A DNA stretch of 64,000 nucleotides from Laetmonice hystrix (GCA_965235115.1 OZ249438.1:18166001-18230000), one strand, 5' to 3'; shown: positions 24,701 to 38,939, counted from the first letter of the stretch. Notes: generated by a model from the letters alone, not told the origin. A program made the numbers and translations.

Positions 24701-27700
24701 CTTTCTCAAACCTAGCTTTCAGCCATGGCCTTCTTGAGACCTCCTCATTTATCAAAAATAGTACGTGCTTAACCTTGTGCTGAGATGTAGGTCAGATATT
24801 GTGTGGTGAGGTGACTACTTAACTTTGATGTGGTTCTTTTGCTGGGGAGATTCCAGCCCGAAACAATATTATGAAAACAGATACTATAAAGCTGTCAATA
24901 AACAAAAATCGTCTTATATTTTCTATCAATAAGAATAACAATTTCGAGTTTGTTTCACTGAAATAATATGCTAATAGTTACTTTGTAATGATAAAATGTG
25001 CGTGGTTGTTATTTTGATTTTTTCCCTGATGAGAAGTTGAGAAGTTGCAGCAATGATCAATAACACTGTGCGGTAAACAAGTTAATCCTTTCCCATCACT
25101 CCGCTCAGTCCTGTCTCCTATAGACAGACAGGAAGACGAGAACCGCAGCTTCTGAATCATGTCAGTCAGACTGGCTGAAACAGAACGTTGAGACAACTAC
25201 ATCTACTGTCAATCGGCCTCATCTAATATATGATGTATAATGTATTAGAAGCTGTGTAAATCCCATGTCGAGGCCATGATGACTACCGTGGGCCCTTTGC
25301 CAATAAGATACCACTCATGGTGTAAATCTCGCACTTGTTAAGTAGCGTTGTTGCCCCTGGCTCAGTCTTGTTGAAAGAAGATGTGAGGCGGAGGACAATG
25401 AACTCTTGTCGACATGGGACCTGTCACTGTGTGACTTCACCTGAGGCGATCACCGTGACAAAGTCAAGGACGTCACCACAATGCTACAGAAGAGGGACCC
25501 CCACCCAAGCTATTTCTGTACAAATCCTCTTGCATACATACCGACAACTACATCATTGGCCAAGTAATAATGAGAACATTGGAGGGGAATGAGGGAGGGT
25601 GGCAGGAGTTGGCCGGGGGGTGGGGGTGGCGGAAGTAGCCCCGCCCCGCTTCGCAATGCTCATTAGTGTCACACTGGAGGAGGTAATTCATTACCTCTCC
25701 ACCCTCTCCAACGTCCTTGGCTCCAACTCATCCCAACCGGCGTGCAACGCTTTCGCCGCACTATTGATCTAATCCTATCGTTGGGCTCATGGATAATGTC
25801 AACATACGTGTCAAGAGCCCGTTATACACTGGAGACAATACGGTTCCACTGGTCTCCAGACGCCTCACTCAGTATAATAACATGGCCACCAACCCGGGGC
25901 GTTTCCACCAAGTGTCCAAATATCCTGATTTACATATATCCACTATGAGTTCTCTGACATAAAACCTGCAGAGCTTGGCCACAATCAGAACTCCAGGCGA
26001 TATACTCGGCATACCTTATGGCATGTTGTCAAAAAGCTTTTATAAATACTTTCCTTAACTTAACTTTTTTAATACACATGTTATTAAATATTTAACACTG
26101 ACGTCAATCTTCTTTTGCAGGGATGAATTCTAAGCCCTGTTCTGTCCACTGCTCTATGCCCTGCATTGCGCAGACTCCTTCCAGTTTCCAATGGTAAAGT
26201 GTTTGATATTTCATGAATTGACAGATCTACTGTCAATGGGGCTGGAAGTAACCGTTAATGCCTGCCTTGGTCTAATGTGCCGCTGCCACTGACAATGTAT
26301 GACGGATCACCTGAGAGAGGAAACGTGGGCACAGAGCAACAGAAACCTAATTCGCCACGACAAACAGGAGCTTCCCGCGTGGGGCACTAAAGTATAACTC
26401 TCAGCACACTTATCCCATCACAACAGGATAAACGGGCCACATTTGGTAAGCAAATTCTAGCATACTGAGGACTTGCATACGTCGAGATACCATGAGACAC
26501 GATGTGTTTGTCTGTCTGCTAACTGTATTGTCCTGAGCTTGTTATCTCAAACAGATTTACGCTGTCACGGCAGTGATTCTGGCCGTAGTTTTTCCCATAT
26601 TCCGTACACACTTCTATCAAGTGTTTCCCCTATTGCCTTACAAGGGATAATTTGTAAACGTTTGTGATTCAGCATGCCATCCAATTGCTGCACCTCCATC
26701 GCCTTTTATGTCCATCCAACAATTATACAATATCTGTACCAACCACTTGATCTGAATATGTAAGAGTACGTAAGCCTTTAGGTAACAAAACGAGCCAAGA
26801 GAATTCTCAACCAGTTTGTCTTTGTCTATTACTACGCAGCACCAAGGATATATTACAGGCATTTGAACTATTCAGGGTTGAGAAGGTCAGCCACTTGTCG
26901 GCATGTGAGAAACCCATCTCCCTGGTTCACGTAAAGAGAACGGTTACACAAACCGAATCATCCGCCGACAAGTTTTTTTTATTATCACATGCCATTACGG
27001 TCTGCTTTCACGGAACGTGTGATCGCGGAAGGGAGGGCGAGATCTATTTTCGTTTTTAAAACAAATCTGATTTGAACCAGCTTAATTAAAACGCCATTTC
27101 CATAAATTACCTCGAGCGTGTTATCAGATCACCATAGCATGAGGCAGGGGGCGGACTTTGATTTGTGAGATGAGGCCATGCTCTCATAACCACAAATCGG
27201 GTTTCTGGTTCCACACAATTAAAGTTAAAGTCCGCCATTGTGGCGGAGAAGCAGAACGGAATGTCAATCGCTGGTGTAGTCGCCTCCTGAAGGGGTGAGC
27301 CTCTCGGAGTGCATGGTCAGAGGCTTCCAGTTGCTAGCCTAACCTCGCCTCGCCTAAGCCTCCTACCCATGTTCAGGGTGTTGTCCAGAATCTAGACTAC
27401 TCGCTGATTCCACTGGGCTGGGGTAAATTATATGGGCTACTTTCACCCCGCAAATAACTGTGCCCTATATATTCCTGCAATCATTGTGTGATTGATGAGA
27501 CAAACATTACGGATGCATATCCATGACAAAATCTGTGGCGCAACACAGAATCAGGCGCTTGGGTTTCCCCGGCGCTGCAGCCGACAATAGAACGCATGCC
27601 TTCCATGGCCGAGTGGCCAGTGCTGACCCTGGCTTGGCCGCTCCCCCAGAGATCGATGCCAAGCCTGAAGCCCTTATATACCACAGATCAAGAGGCAGTG

Positions 27701-28587
27701 CTCGTGGCGGCCAGGCATTTCAACCGACCCAAGGCCATGGGGGCAGCTGTGTCGGGTAGCCAGTAAACAGACCCATTCAGGCAGAACTGGGCCATCGCCT
27801 GCGCATCAAAAACCTGGTGAACCCTAGACAGACTCGTGAACCAAAGACGGCAGTGATTGACAACCGTTGATCTATTCTCTGCCGATACCAGCCCTTACAC
27901 AGGATCTACTGTGGCAGCACTAGGCATACAATGAATGACCATCGACCCACGTGCCTCGTACAATCGACTTGGATTCTTCTTTTTATCACTCTTATCATGA
28001 TCAGTTCAACAGCAGGCTTCAGTTAACTGCTTTAATTGTGTTAAGCAAGAGAGTACGAGAATGAGACACCCTTACAGACACCTTAACAGACACCTTACAG
28101 CCCAAAGCAATCTAAAACCTATCGTATTATAACAAATGACGATTTATACTCGGATACAACAAAAGGAAGAGAACAAGATCTCCAGAATGTAACGGGTAAC
28201 ACCCAGAGTAGATTCTCAATCACTCTGGTCTCTCAGATATTCCGATATGGTGGAACCCCACTGATTTCGGCCAATGCATGTCACGTATGGACCCCCCCTT
28301 GATTTGTTTATCTTTGTTTATCTAATAAACGTCACCATTCGTATCAAGTCGACAGATAATCAGCATCTCTCCTTCCTCTGTCTTCACTGCAATATATGTG
28401 AAAAATGTACCCTTTGGACAACACGTAAAGTGGGTGTGATTTTGAATCCATAGCTTTAACAGGTATGGGGTAAAGTCTATAGATAGTAGTATGTTCGATA
28501 CTTTCCGGTGTACCGGCTGATTGTAAAACCTAATCACGCTCGGTACCATTCATCCAAGTCACGTCATACCTGGCTAGTCAGCTAGTC

Positions 28588-28661
28588 AGCCTGCCTGCCA
28601 GCCAACCTGCCTGCCTGCCGCCTGCCAGCCTGCCACTGCCAGCCAGCCAGAGCCAGCCTGC
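28588..28661. repeat. Degenerate (GCCT/GCCA)n microsatellite
   Basis: gcctgcctgccagccaacctgcctgcctgccgcctgccagcc...agccagcctg. Confidence 0.8.
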
Positions 28662-29453
28662 ATTGGCCCGTTTCTCCCCACGCTAACCACAATTCTGCAA
28701 ACCAACTTGTCAGTACAATATGCCACACATCTTGCTGACATTATTGTAACAAAGACTTTACAATATAAACGACCACATGCATGATATATTACTCCCATAT
28801 TTTTATGTCCTATCCCATTTTTATGACCTAATTAGACGAGACATATAATTAACCTATCTAATCAACGCCTCACTCATAATTTGGAAAATTATGAAACTTT
28901 GAAGCGTGATCTTACCCCAAGAGAGGGTAGAGGGAGGGGGTTGCAGACATGACCTAACCGAGTGTCAATAATAAATTGGTTCCTAGAGATAACTGGCCCA
29001 CTGCCCCTGGAGGCGACCACTTCTGTCTCATTTGTCTTTCTTACAGTGCCGCAATTCATGCAGCTGTCCTTCTCTGAACCCGGCCACTCGTCACGACCAG
29101 GCTAATTAAAATTCCGTCTCTGTCTACTGTCACACGGGATGGTAATATCTCAATATTCACTGGGTTACCACTGGTAATACTGGGCTCTGTCGTGTATAAA
29201 CGGATGGGTCCATATGGATACCTGTCTCCTCGCCATATAGCACGGTCAAGATATGCACCTTTACATTACCGTAACCTGCCGCTGGTGTTGCTGTGTGTAT
29301 AATAGTGAGGCTCCCTAAAGTCCAACAGACATTAAAATTAACATGAAATTTAGTGCCAGTTCTTGATGATACATCTAATTTGTTGTTGTTAAACTCCTGA
29401 GCGGTTATTGTACAAGCACGTGAACTGTGTGTAAGCCGTTTTGAAGATCAATT

Positions 29454-29475
29454 CCCCTGATGACGTCATCAGGGG
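29454..29475. other. Perfect 22-bp palindrome centred on a CRE octamer (TGACGTCA)
   Basis: cccctgatgacgtcatcagggg is its own reverse complement. Confidence 0.85.
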
Positions 29476-31361
29476 CAATGGTAAAGAAATTGTCAAATTG
29501 TCAATATTTTTCTAACTTGAGAGGACTTCTCAGAAAACCTATCACAGGGACACGTCTACAACTCAAAGTGATCTATCTAGATCAGTAAAGTTACCTATGT
29601 GATGTCAGTTGGACTCTAATGTCTTGGAATCTGTCGCAATACTACGACCATCTGGTAAACATTTCCAACGACTCTCGAGGTCTATATCGGTGCATTACTG
29701 ATTTCAATAGTTTACTTAAACATAAAATTAAACTTTCATCTGGGAAATCACTGAGTGAAACATCATGTTTTGTACATGACGTACTTTCCTACAACATAAC
29801 TGTTTGATGTGGACGAATGACTACACCATAGTATTACACCACTTTGGTCCAGAGAGGTTATGAGCCATTATCATTCGTTACTGACTCTAAGTGGCTCTTC
29901 TCCAAATTCTAAAGTCAACTACAGGTCCATCTTTATAGTATATCTTTGTAATTTAACATGCGCATTGAACCTTTTCCACAATCATACCTATAAAAGATAA
30001 TTGCTAGCGGAGATTGTCCTCTCTCAACAGCCTGACCATGTTAAGAGCACTATGAGTATGACGCACACCAATCGAATTTATTTTCTGGTTGCCACTCATT
30101 TCATTCCGTTCCTCATAAGCAATGCATTTCCGAGTTTCCTTTTTATTAGCGCTGCCGTCCAACTGCTCTCTACTAAGCTGCTTTATTTTGATCCATTACA
30201 TCAACAGTTTATGCACACCGAGGGGAGAATAAACAGCACCAGTGAGGGGGGCTGGGGGTTGGGGGGCCTACTTTGGTACGTTACATCAGGCAATAAGGTG
30301 AGACTAATGACGGAAGCAGTCACTGATCCAGGACAATAAGCCAGCCGTCCACACACTGAACGGTCCCACAAGCCACCCCTCTTCTCCACCCAGACTTCTT
30401 TATGTGGTTATTTATAGAATTTATTGATTTAATTTCTAATCACTGTCAGTAAAGCCGTTGAGAGATGTAAGAAGGATTCATTATGGATTCGGCACATAAC
30501 AGGCCTTAACACGAGACATATTCACGACAAATTCTACGATATGATTGAGTCTACATAGACTACTACTATATCATCAATGGATGAGAATAGCATTCTATTT
30601 CTCAGATAAAAAGTTAGTGTTCTTTACGCATTGTACCAAGCAGATCGACAATCCGATGCACTCCATGCAGAGATGATCAAACTGGAACTTAGATGAATAC
30701 ATAGTAAATTATTTTTGGGTGATAAAGCAAACTTTAATACCAGATTTGTTCCCCAAAGAAGAAAAAAAAACATTTAGCACTCGCTCGTTATACTGAAACA
30801 GCAAAATTCAATCTATATCTACTAGTATATTGCTTATACGGCTGGACTCACATGGAGCTTGTGATGATCAAGTTTCCCAAACACTGGTTCCCTACTGGCC
30901 ACTGCCAAGAAGTGACATTGGTTGTCAAATCATTAGTCCCATCACAGAAACAGCATTTATCGGGCGCTTGGCTCACTGAGGGTTAAGCAAGGTAACAGTT
31001 GAACATGGCTAACTGACGCCGACCCCCAAGCTGCCTGTTACTAATTACAGTGTATCTATAAAAGGGAAGCTTTCTGCGTTCAGCCCCTGGTGAAGTGTGC
31101 GACCACAGGGCAATAGAAAGGTTCCAAATTAAGCTTTTTTCGCGTAACTCTAAATCTTTGCATAATTTTCCCAACAGACTGAGAATGGCACCCACCAATG
31201 CAGCTGTGATATTTTTAGTTTGATCGGTAGTGGCCATAGCCATATCTTGTTCTATGGCCAATGGAGACCTCATGAACTTGATTTGACCCTTCACAGCAGA
31301 AAAAGCACAACTCCAAAATACAGTAAAACATCATCACGACTTTCCAGATGTGAGTAGTTAA

Positions 31362-31790
31362 GCCCCTTTCCCACCTTCACGACTTTTACGCCAATTCACG
31401 CCGATGTGTGATCCTGGCAAGTCGTCGGGAAGCCTTGGGGGTGTCGTAGATGTAGTCGGGGAAAGTCCTGAACAGTCGCAAAAGTTTGCAGTCAAGTCGT
31501 CGTGCTCTTTTCGTCATGGTACAAGTTTCAAAATGTTCGACAAAATCGTGGCGCTTCATGTGCTCGTCACATGTCATAGCAATGTCATAGTCGTGTCATA
31601 ATCGTGTTGTAGTCGTGTCGTGTCGTGATGGTTCATGAACATTGGCATGCAATCGAGTTGTGGAAAATAGCCACGATTATGGAAGATGAAGTCACGATCA
31701 GCTACGAATGCCCACGACGTGAACACGAACCGACTGAAACAGACCCATCTTGGACAGTCGTAGCTAGGTCGTAACGACGTCGTGGGAGAT
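31362..31790. mobile_element. Possible decayed PIF/Harbinger-type non-autonomous element rich in CACGA/TCGTG motifs
   Basis: The left end taagcccctttcccacc resembles a TWA + GCCC terminus. More than 20 GTCGT/TCGTG/CACGA motifs occur in both orientations. The right terminus is only partial (gtcgtggga). Confidence 0.33.
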
Positions 31791-34700
31791 CATAGTAATT
31801 CCTGACACATAACATAAATGGCTAAATAACATGGCTATCTGTATCTTTGTACCTCTGCTCGATGACATGTGAACATTATGATGGCAATGACTTTCTACCC
31901 CCTCAAGGCAGTCTAAGGGTTTACTCTGCATGAGGAAGACATGGGTGGTCTATTTGTGACATTCTCATCAGTACTGGCTAGTCCCCTGTACCATGTCGGC
32001 TGCGTATTACTGTCAGCATCTGTCGTGTAATTCTTCAAACCTTTCTAAACATCTTTCGTATCGCCGTTTGGGGGTACCGGGAACTGGGTGGCATATAAGG
32101 CTCCCAGTGGTGGTGAAAAATAAAACTGACGGCTCTGGGTAAAACTAGTTACCACACTGGCAAGACCTAACTTCCCAACATCCCAGCTAATTAAACACTG
32201 GGCAGCCATGTTTGTTTAAGAAGGATGCTGCCGGTTTTACATGGTACGATACATCTAAAACAACTACTGGAAGTCAACATAATAAATTTTGTATGCCGAT
32301 ATTAATTGCACAGGTATTAATTGCACATGTATATAAGGCTATGTGTTGAACTGGAGTGTGAATTTACCAATCGTCCATGTGGTCACCTCCCGCTAAGCAT
32401 GCTGCCTGGTACCAACCAGACCTTACTGGTACAGGCTCCACCCGTTCAAGACCTATGCCGTGGCATCCTACGACCCCTGAGCATGTCAAATAATGCGTCC
32501 TTGTAAGTTGGCCTTCCCAATGTCGAATAACAACCTCTTCATAAAAGTAAACGTCTTTTCTTTCATTGCTAAGATGAAGATTAATGCTCAGATGGAGATT
32601 CAAGCTGGAAGGGTAAATGATCCGACACTACTGACTGTGAAGAAGCCGCCGGTGGTCATCTTTATCGGCCACTCGTATCCATTTACCTTTAATACTGACG
32701 TAAACGTACAATTACCGGTACAAAAATAACACCGCACACCTCACTATGCATCACTCAAATTCCGATATATTAAAAAAAAACAGCGCCACGCAGACTATAC
32801 TGTCTGCCAGCGCAATTATTTGGGTTCCATGATTTGTGTTTTCTCATGTTTACGATGGCATGGGAGTGTGTAACAATGTGATATATTGAGATATAAACAT
32901 ACATCTTGGTTAGATTGCCGAAAGATGTACCGTTAGCTCCCAGTCCCACTCCAGATATGGTTGGCTGTGGGTGAGAGAGATGCACATCGCACGTGATGGT
33001 CATTAACCAAGACGCTTTACTTATCTAACGCAGACGTTATAGCAAAACGTGTCGTCAATCACCTTGTTCCTTCTGACGTGACGTACAGCGGCGTCTGCGA
33101 GACTTCCGGTGAATTAAACGCTATTTAACAGAACAGTTGTAATACAAGGTGGTGCAACAATAACTATGTGCCGGTTGCTATTACTAAAGACCGAACTGCT
33201 TTTCTGATATTTTTTTGATTCATATTCAAGCGTGTCTCAAGAATTGTACACCGGCGTCCCTTAACAGCTTCTAAACACCTGTAGGACCGCGTTCACGTAC
33301 ATACAGACATGTTTGTTTTTTGTACTAGAAGTTCCGCTAAACACTGGACGACTGGGTTTAGGTCACAGGTTGGTACTTCGTGAATGACCCACAAACCCTG
33401 CATATGTCCGGAAATTGGAGAAGCTCACTGATGCACTTCACTTAACCCTCAAAACATCACTAACATCCATCACCAGGGGACTTTGTCAATAACACAGCCC
33501 TCACGTAATGTTTAAGCACAACAGACAATCATGAAACAATAACAAGCCAACCTTTGCTATGGTTCTCTCTCTAACCAGATCCACATGGCGAGTGAACTGC
33601 CTACACCGCTAATATAACGACCAAGCGGGCTAAAAAACCAATCTCGTTCGACCAAACAGCAAACAGCCCAGCTCAAGATAACTCAGGCATAGCTCCCAAT
33701 CCACCGTGTTATATGATGAATGAAATAAGAACCGAACTTCGTTCATATAAACGTCTGTCAAAATAGAACTTGCTGCTTCGCCTTGCCAGTCTAAGTTTCG
33801 GTCTCATGCAGTTTCGATAAACCATACAACTTCCCACACAGAGTATCCCCTCACCACCCTTACCCGTGCGACCACATCAGATGATCAGGCATGTCAATTG
33901 CTTCTACCTGAGGCAACTACCAACATTCCCATGGTAATTTATCTTACAGATCAAGAAGACCCAGAGTTATCATGGCAGAAATCAGCCATCAGTGATCCGC
34001 AGGCGGTACCGTTAAAGTCCCCAGGCGAAAGTCATCAGTTCGGCTTCATGCGAAATGTGATGACTGACGGACATAACAGGTTTATTTTGTTAAACTAATC
34101 ACCATGACTCTTGCGATGATGCCTTTACATTGATTCCAAGAATAACTGCTTGGCCTGGCCGTCGCTGCTGCTGCTGCTGCTGCTGGCCGCCGGCTGACCA
34201 TCCTGGGCCAGCAGGGACATTGAATGATTGTCCCTAGCATCTACTATCCAGTGACCCAGTCACCTAGCCTGACCCATTCTATTTATAGCCGTGCCAGGAA
34301 GCGGCTACATGGGACAACCCATGTTTGGCTTCCTTTCCAGTCAATGGAGCTGGTCAGCGGTTGTTCTGATGTCTCTATGCACAGTAACACCCAACAAAGT
34401 TGTCGAGAGTAACAGAGGTAGGCGCTGCTGCATACCTAACCCTGCTCTGACCCAGGCCTTTTGACCTTTAGTGCTCACCTGAGACTCCTTCCTCCAAACC
34501 TTTAGGTTGACACCCTCATAATGAACCCCACTACCCACGTGAAATAGCTTCAGTGATTGCAACATTCCTAAGGGCCAACCCCCTTCCCCACACAGGTCAC
34601 CGATAGCCACCATGACATCACACTACCTCGACATGCACCTCTATCACATTTACTCAATTCAACCCAGATCATAGCACCTGACGCCTATCAGTTTTAATTC

Positions 34701-34913
34701 GTAAATCATTAAGCACTGATGTGGTTGGATCTCCTGTTTACACTGCAGCGCCAACCAGCTGGTGGCCAGTACGGAGTACCTACCCGCCACTGTTCTACCT
34801 GTGTTTGCGCTTGGTGGCTAGCAACATATTTCCTGGCCCATCAGCGGCCAGACTGGGGTTTCTGACATGTGCCGTACCTATCACATGCGTGACGACTGAT
34901 TGATGAGTGCCTC

Positions 34914-34914
<1 letters not shown>

Positions 34915-35004
<90 letters not shown>
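34915..35004. repeat. Uninterrupted (CTG)30 trinucleotide tract
   Basis: 2+20+8 CTG units counted across lines 34861-34981, followed by GAG/GGT-rich low-complexity sequence and G12. A short CTG run also lies at ~34165-34185. Confidence 0.97.
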
Positions 35005-35006
<2 letters not shown>

Positions 35007-38000
35007 ACAGTAGCAACAGGAAGATGTGGCGAAGGAGGAGGAGGAAGAGGAGGAGGTGGTGGGGGCAGCAGGAGGGGGGGGGGGGAGAGGAACAGAGTAG
35101 CAGCCTTGGGTCAAACACTTTCTTTCGACATCTTGGATATCTGTCTTTACCAGAGTCAAATGAAGAATAATTTCATCTTCCATTAGCACTCAGCCATCCC
35201 CCTGACAAGTCAGGTGAGCCCTACATTTGTGCGTATCCACGCGCAATATGAAGAAAAGTGTTTGTATAGGCTGACAATACGATTCGTTCCCTTTCAATTA
35301 AACTGAGCCGCTCACACCGGATAAACCCGCTTCCTCCCATTTCCTTAACAAGTTGAATAGTCTGCGGAGTCGGCAGATTACTCCATGAATCCTCTCACCC
35401 AGACAGTTGATAATTCCGCCTCTAAGCATGACTTCAGTCGCCCATCTGCTGACAGAATGTGACTCCAATGCTCCACTCTTAACAACCAGTTTCTTTTCAC
35501 CGATCAAAACTCCTCAACCACCCATGACCGAGTACCGGTAAGCTGTCATGCTGACAAAACTAACATCATTCAACGTCCAATCAAAGCCACGATTATCCAT
35601 CCAGATTTCTTTCATTTCCTTATAATGATCCTGCCATTGGTTGTTAAAGGAAACAGCAATTCAATAAAGAACTTTTATTGTGGACTTGGGGGAGGCCACT
35701 ATTCAAACTGGTACCTTCTTCAGACAGGTCAAATCATTTTATATATAGCTCTACTGGCCCTTGTAATCAGACATATTCACATAGTGGCTGCAATTTTTAT
35801 CAGAATAATCCCATTAAGCTGACTTTGTTATTTGGTAATAATGTTTTTGTTAGTTCTTAGAGTCAGTACTGAATGTGCTACAATAAGGTGTCTACTTATG
35901 CCCACTACTCTCTCACGGAAAATGATCCCGATACAACACTTTCACTCCCTTCCACAAAAATATGTCCAGAAGGTAGGTTTGCACTAGTGTATCCTAATTT
36001 GCAGCATTTGCTAATATTAGTGTAAAGACTACACCTCTGAGGTGCTCATGTCAGGTGCACCTGTGATGAGCAGCAGTTCTGGCCTCCTGCTGGCCGTCAT
36101 TAGGCGTCACATCCGTCACTGTCTGCCCTCAGATAACATGACCAGTCTGTGTGCCCTCACCCTACAGTTCTGTCATTTCGGTTCATGAAGCTGATTCACT
36201 TCACTGGCCTCAATCGACTTCCATTACCTAACGACCTAATGCGAGCCATGCCCACCAACCGGGCCCAGTTGTCTGCGATGTCCTGCCATACATGCAAATT
36301 CATGTTTCTAGTGTTTTTATAACAACTATTTGTTGAGACAGCACCCGACACTCGGACACGGGTCAGTGTCTGGAACCTGGCACGTCGGTTATGAAGAGGC
36401 CTGCCTCTATCTCTATCTCAAAGTGGGAGCGCTCTTTGCTGTAAGTAACCTGACTCGGGGATGAATCTTTCAGTGGATGGAACATGGGGGTGCCGACAAT
36501 CACCAACACCTTCAGCAGGGTGAGGGTCCCTTTTCTCTGGACTAAGATGGATTAGTGTGCTGCAGCCGATGCCCTTCCCCCGGTCCACGGGTGCCTGGAC
36601 ACGCCTCTCGCTAGCCCTCCCACCCCCACCCCTCGTCTGGGCCGTGCCTTACCCCTCCTAGTCCGACCAGCTGGACCTGCGCCCCACCTCTTGCCCATCA
36701 ATATCCCTTCCACTGAACCCTGCATAATCTGCACTTGATTTGACGAGCCTTATTTAAAAATCCATATCGCCTGGCTGAGGCCTGTTGCCGAGTGTAGTTT
36801 CGCGTCCTCCGCCCGCCTCCAGTGGTTCCGGGTCCGACCTCCCATGACCTCCCTCCTCCAGACTCCTTTCATCCCCTTGAGCACCCAGTATTTGTCCAGT
36901 ATCCTACAGGTGTAGCCGGCGCCTATACCGGCTCCTCCAGGTGGTTGTCAAAGAGTCTGAACACAACCTCCTTACGACCCGTCTCTGAACCGAGCTCCAG
37001 CAAGTCTGACATCTTCAGACATCTCAGACGTCAATGTCTCCAGAAATATGGCCAGCATCTGCTTGCAGACACCAACTGCTGCTCTGTGATTACGTCCCCA
37101 TGGAATAACCCATTTAATAAAGCTCTCCTCCCTGGCCTTGTCTCACCATATACCGCCTGCTCATTTACTCAGCGACAGTATGCGACAGTATACGACATAA
37201 TACTATCGATCAATTATTTTACTCGAAAGAAGCTTTTCTTTTCCTATCCTCCCAGTATCTTCTTATATGTTATTTATTCACCTATCCTCCCCGTATCTTA
37301 TATGTTATTTATTCACGTAAAATCTTTGCCGTTAATTTATGGCCACTCTGCCACTATAGTGTCAGCAAACCTTAATCCCAGGGAATCCATTTTTTGTACC
37401 TTGCTTCTGACGAAGCATCGAAATGAACCCCAGAGGACGTCCCCTGACCGACAAAGTATGTATGGTGCTCTCTCTCCCCTCACCCCTGCCAAAAACATAT
37501 CCTTTTTTTCACCTGGTGCGATGACAGCACATTACTACTTCTCCCTGGACGCTTCAGTTCCGTACACAAGATGGCACTCTGCTATAATTTCTCGGCAGAG
37601 ACAGCACGGATCTACTGCCTCCTTTGACAGACAGCGCCATGCTATTTTCTCCAGCGCTCCCCTCTTCTATCGGCGTCACCGACGTCATCGCTCACTGCAC
37701 ACTACAAAATGTGACCGTCCGAGCCTTTCATGTCACACACCATTAACCATCGCAGCCAGGGGGATCATCCCTTTCTGATTGTTGAACACATGAAATACGT
37801 CTCCACCAATGACGAAAGACAGAGGTATTTTTAGCAGGAGGAAATCAATAACCCTATTGTGGATTACCCAACCTCAGAAGATAAATATGGGTTGTGGACA
37901 CTCAACGTCAGTAAGACTGGCCCAGCCTTTTCGCCATAAACCTGGTTCGGTTGGCCTTCTGGTACTGGGATACCGACAGAGGGGTCGTCTTCCAGCAACA

Positions 38001-38526
38001 TGTTCGCAATACTGGAAATTTACTGCCATCATCACTCTGTCACGGCCCCGAGTTTTCGCCAAGTACCGGCACGTCCAAACAATAGTTTGTCAACAGTTAT
38101 AACTTATAGCAGGCAACATCCGAGCATGGCCTAGACTTGCACTAAGGCTGACTTAATGAAAATATAAGATTATATTGTTATTTAGTGCTCTTAATCAGCT
38201 TCCTAATAGTCTGTGGTCGCCATCATGTCGTGACGTCAAACGTTGCTGACGTTTACAGGTCACACATATAATGCCAATATTCACCGTTCACGGCGCCACC
38301 ATATTCCACTATACATCTGTGTATAGCAAATGTGTTATCCAGCTATCAAGCCCCCTTTGGTGACAAAAGCCCGCGCTGCCACCATTAGCAATATAGAAAC
38401 TGGCAATGACCACTTCCGGCTTCACCATTATGTGTTTGACAATGTAAAACACGCTGACTGCGTGCCTGAGATCAGGACTTCACCATTTGTCGGACAACAC
38501 TTGAAATAACTTGTGTTTACTGACGA

Positions 38527-38939
38527 GCAGACAGAACAAATTGAACAAATTTCTGTGCACTAATGATACGGACCTATTCATAGGATCATGACATGATCAT
38601 TACTTATGGCAGGCAGAACAAACTGAACATATTTCTCTACACTATAATGTTACTGACCCATTCACAGGATCATGCCAGGATCATTACTTATGGCAGGCAG
38701 AACAAACTGAACATATTTCTCTACACTATAATGTTACTGACCCATTCAAAGGATCATGTCAGGATCATTACTTATGGCAGGCAGAACAAACTGAACATAT
38801 TTCTCTACACTATAATGTTACTGACCCATTCACAGGATCATGCCATGATCATTACTTATGGCAGGCAGAACAAACTGAACACATTTCTCTACACTATAAT
38901 GTTACTGACCCATTCAAAGGATCATGACAGGATCATTAC
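38527..38939. repeat. Tandem repeat, 84-bp unit x4 plus one diverged upstream copy
   Basis: The ggcaggcagaacaaactgaac marker is at 38608, 38692, 38776 and 38860. A diverged copy gcagacagaacaaattgaacaaatttctgtgcac starts at 38527. Confidence 0.93.

Noticed and set aside
27523-27759. Weak resemblance to a DIRS-type tyrosine recombinase box (THAFHGRVASA vs HSFRxGAAS)
   Set aside because: The catalytic Arg is absent and there are no other recombinase motifs. A profile search would be needed.
34125-34220. ATG-initiated MSLLAQDGQPAASSSSSSSDGQAK on the ERR strand as an alternative first exon
   Set aside because: It stops after 31 codons, the only nearby donor is weak and phase 2 (the next ERR exon is phase 1), and it would lie downstream of the missing first zinc finger.
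34881-35189. Poly-Ser / poly-Cys ORFs
   Set aside because: They are translations of the CTG tract, with no credible exon boundaries.
36850-37110. Possible decayed Gypsy integrase on minus (H..x15..WP, DIxxxxVxxCQTC, VGYWT)
   Set aside because: It requires several frameshifts and stops, and the motif spacing is ~20 codons short, so it cannot be distinguished from chance by eye.
37407-37423. Minimal hammerhead-like CTGACGA-AGCATC-GAAA
   Set aside because: No stem I/III pairing with an NUH cleavage triplet can be built from the flanks.
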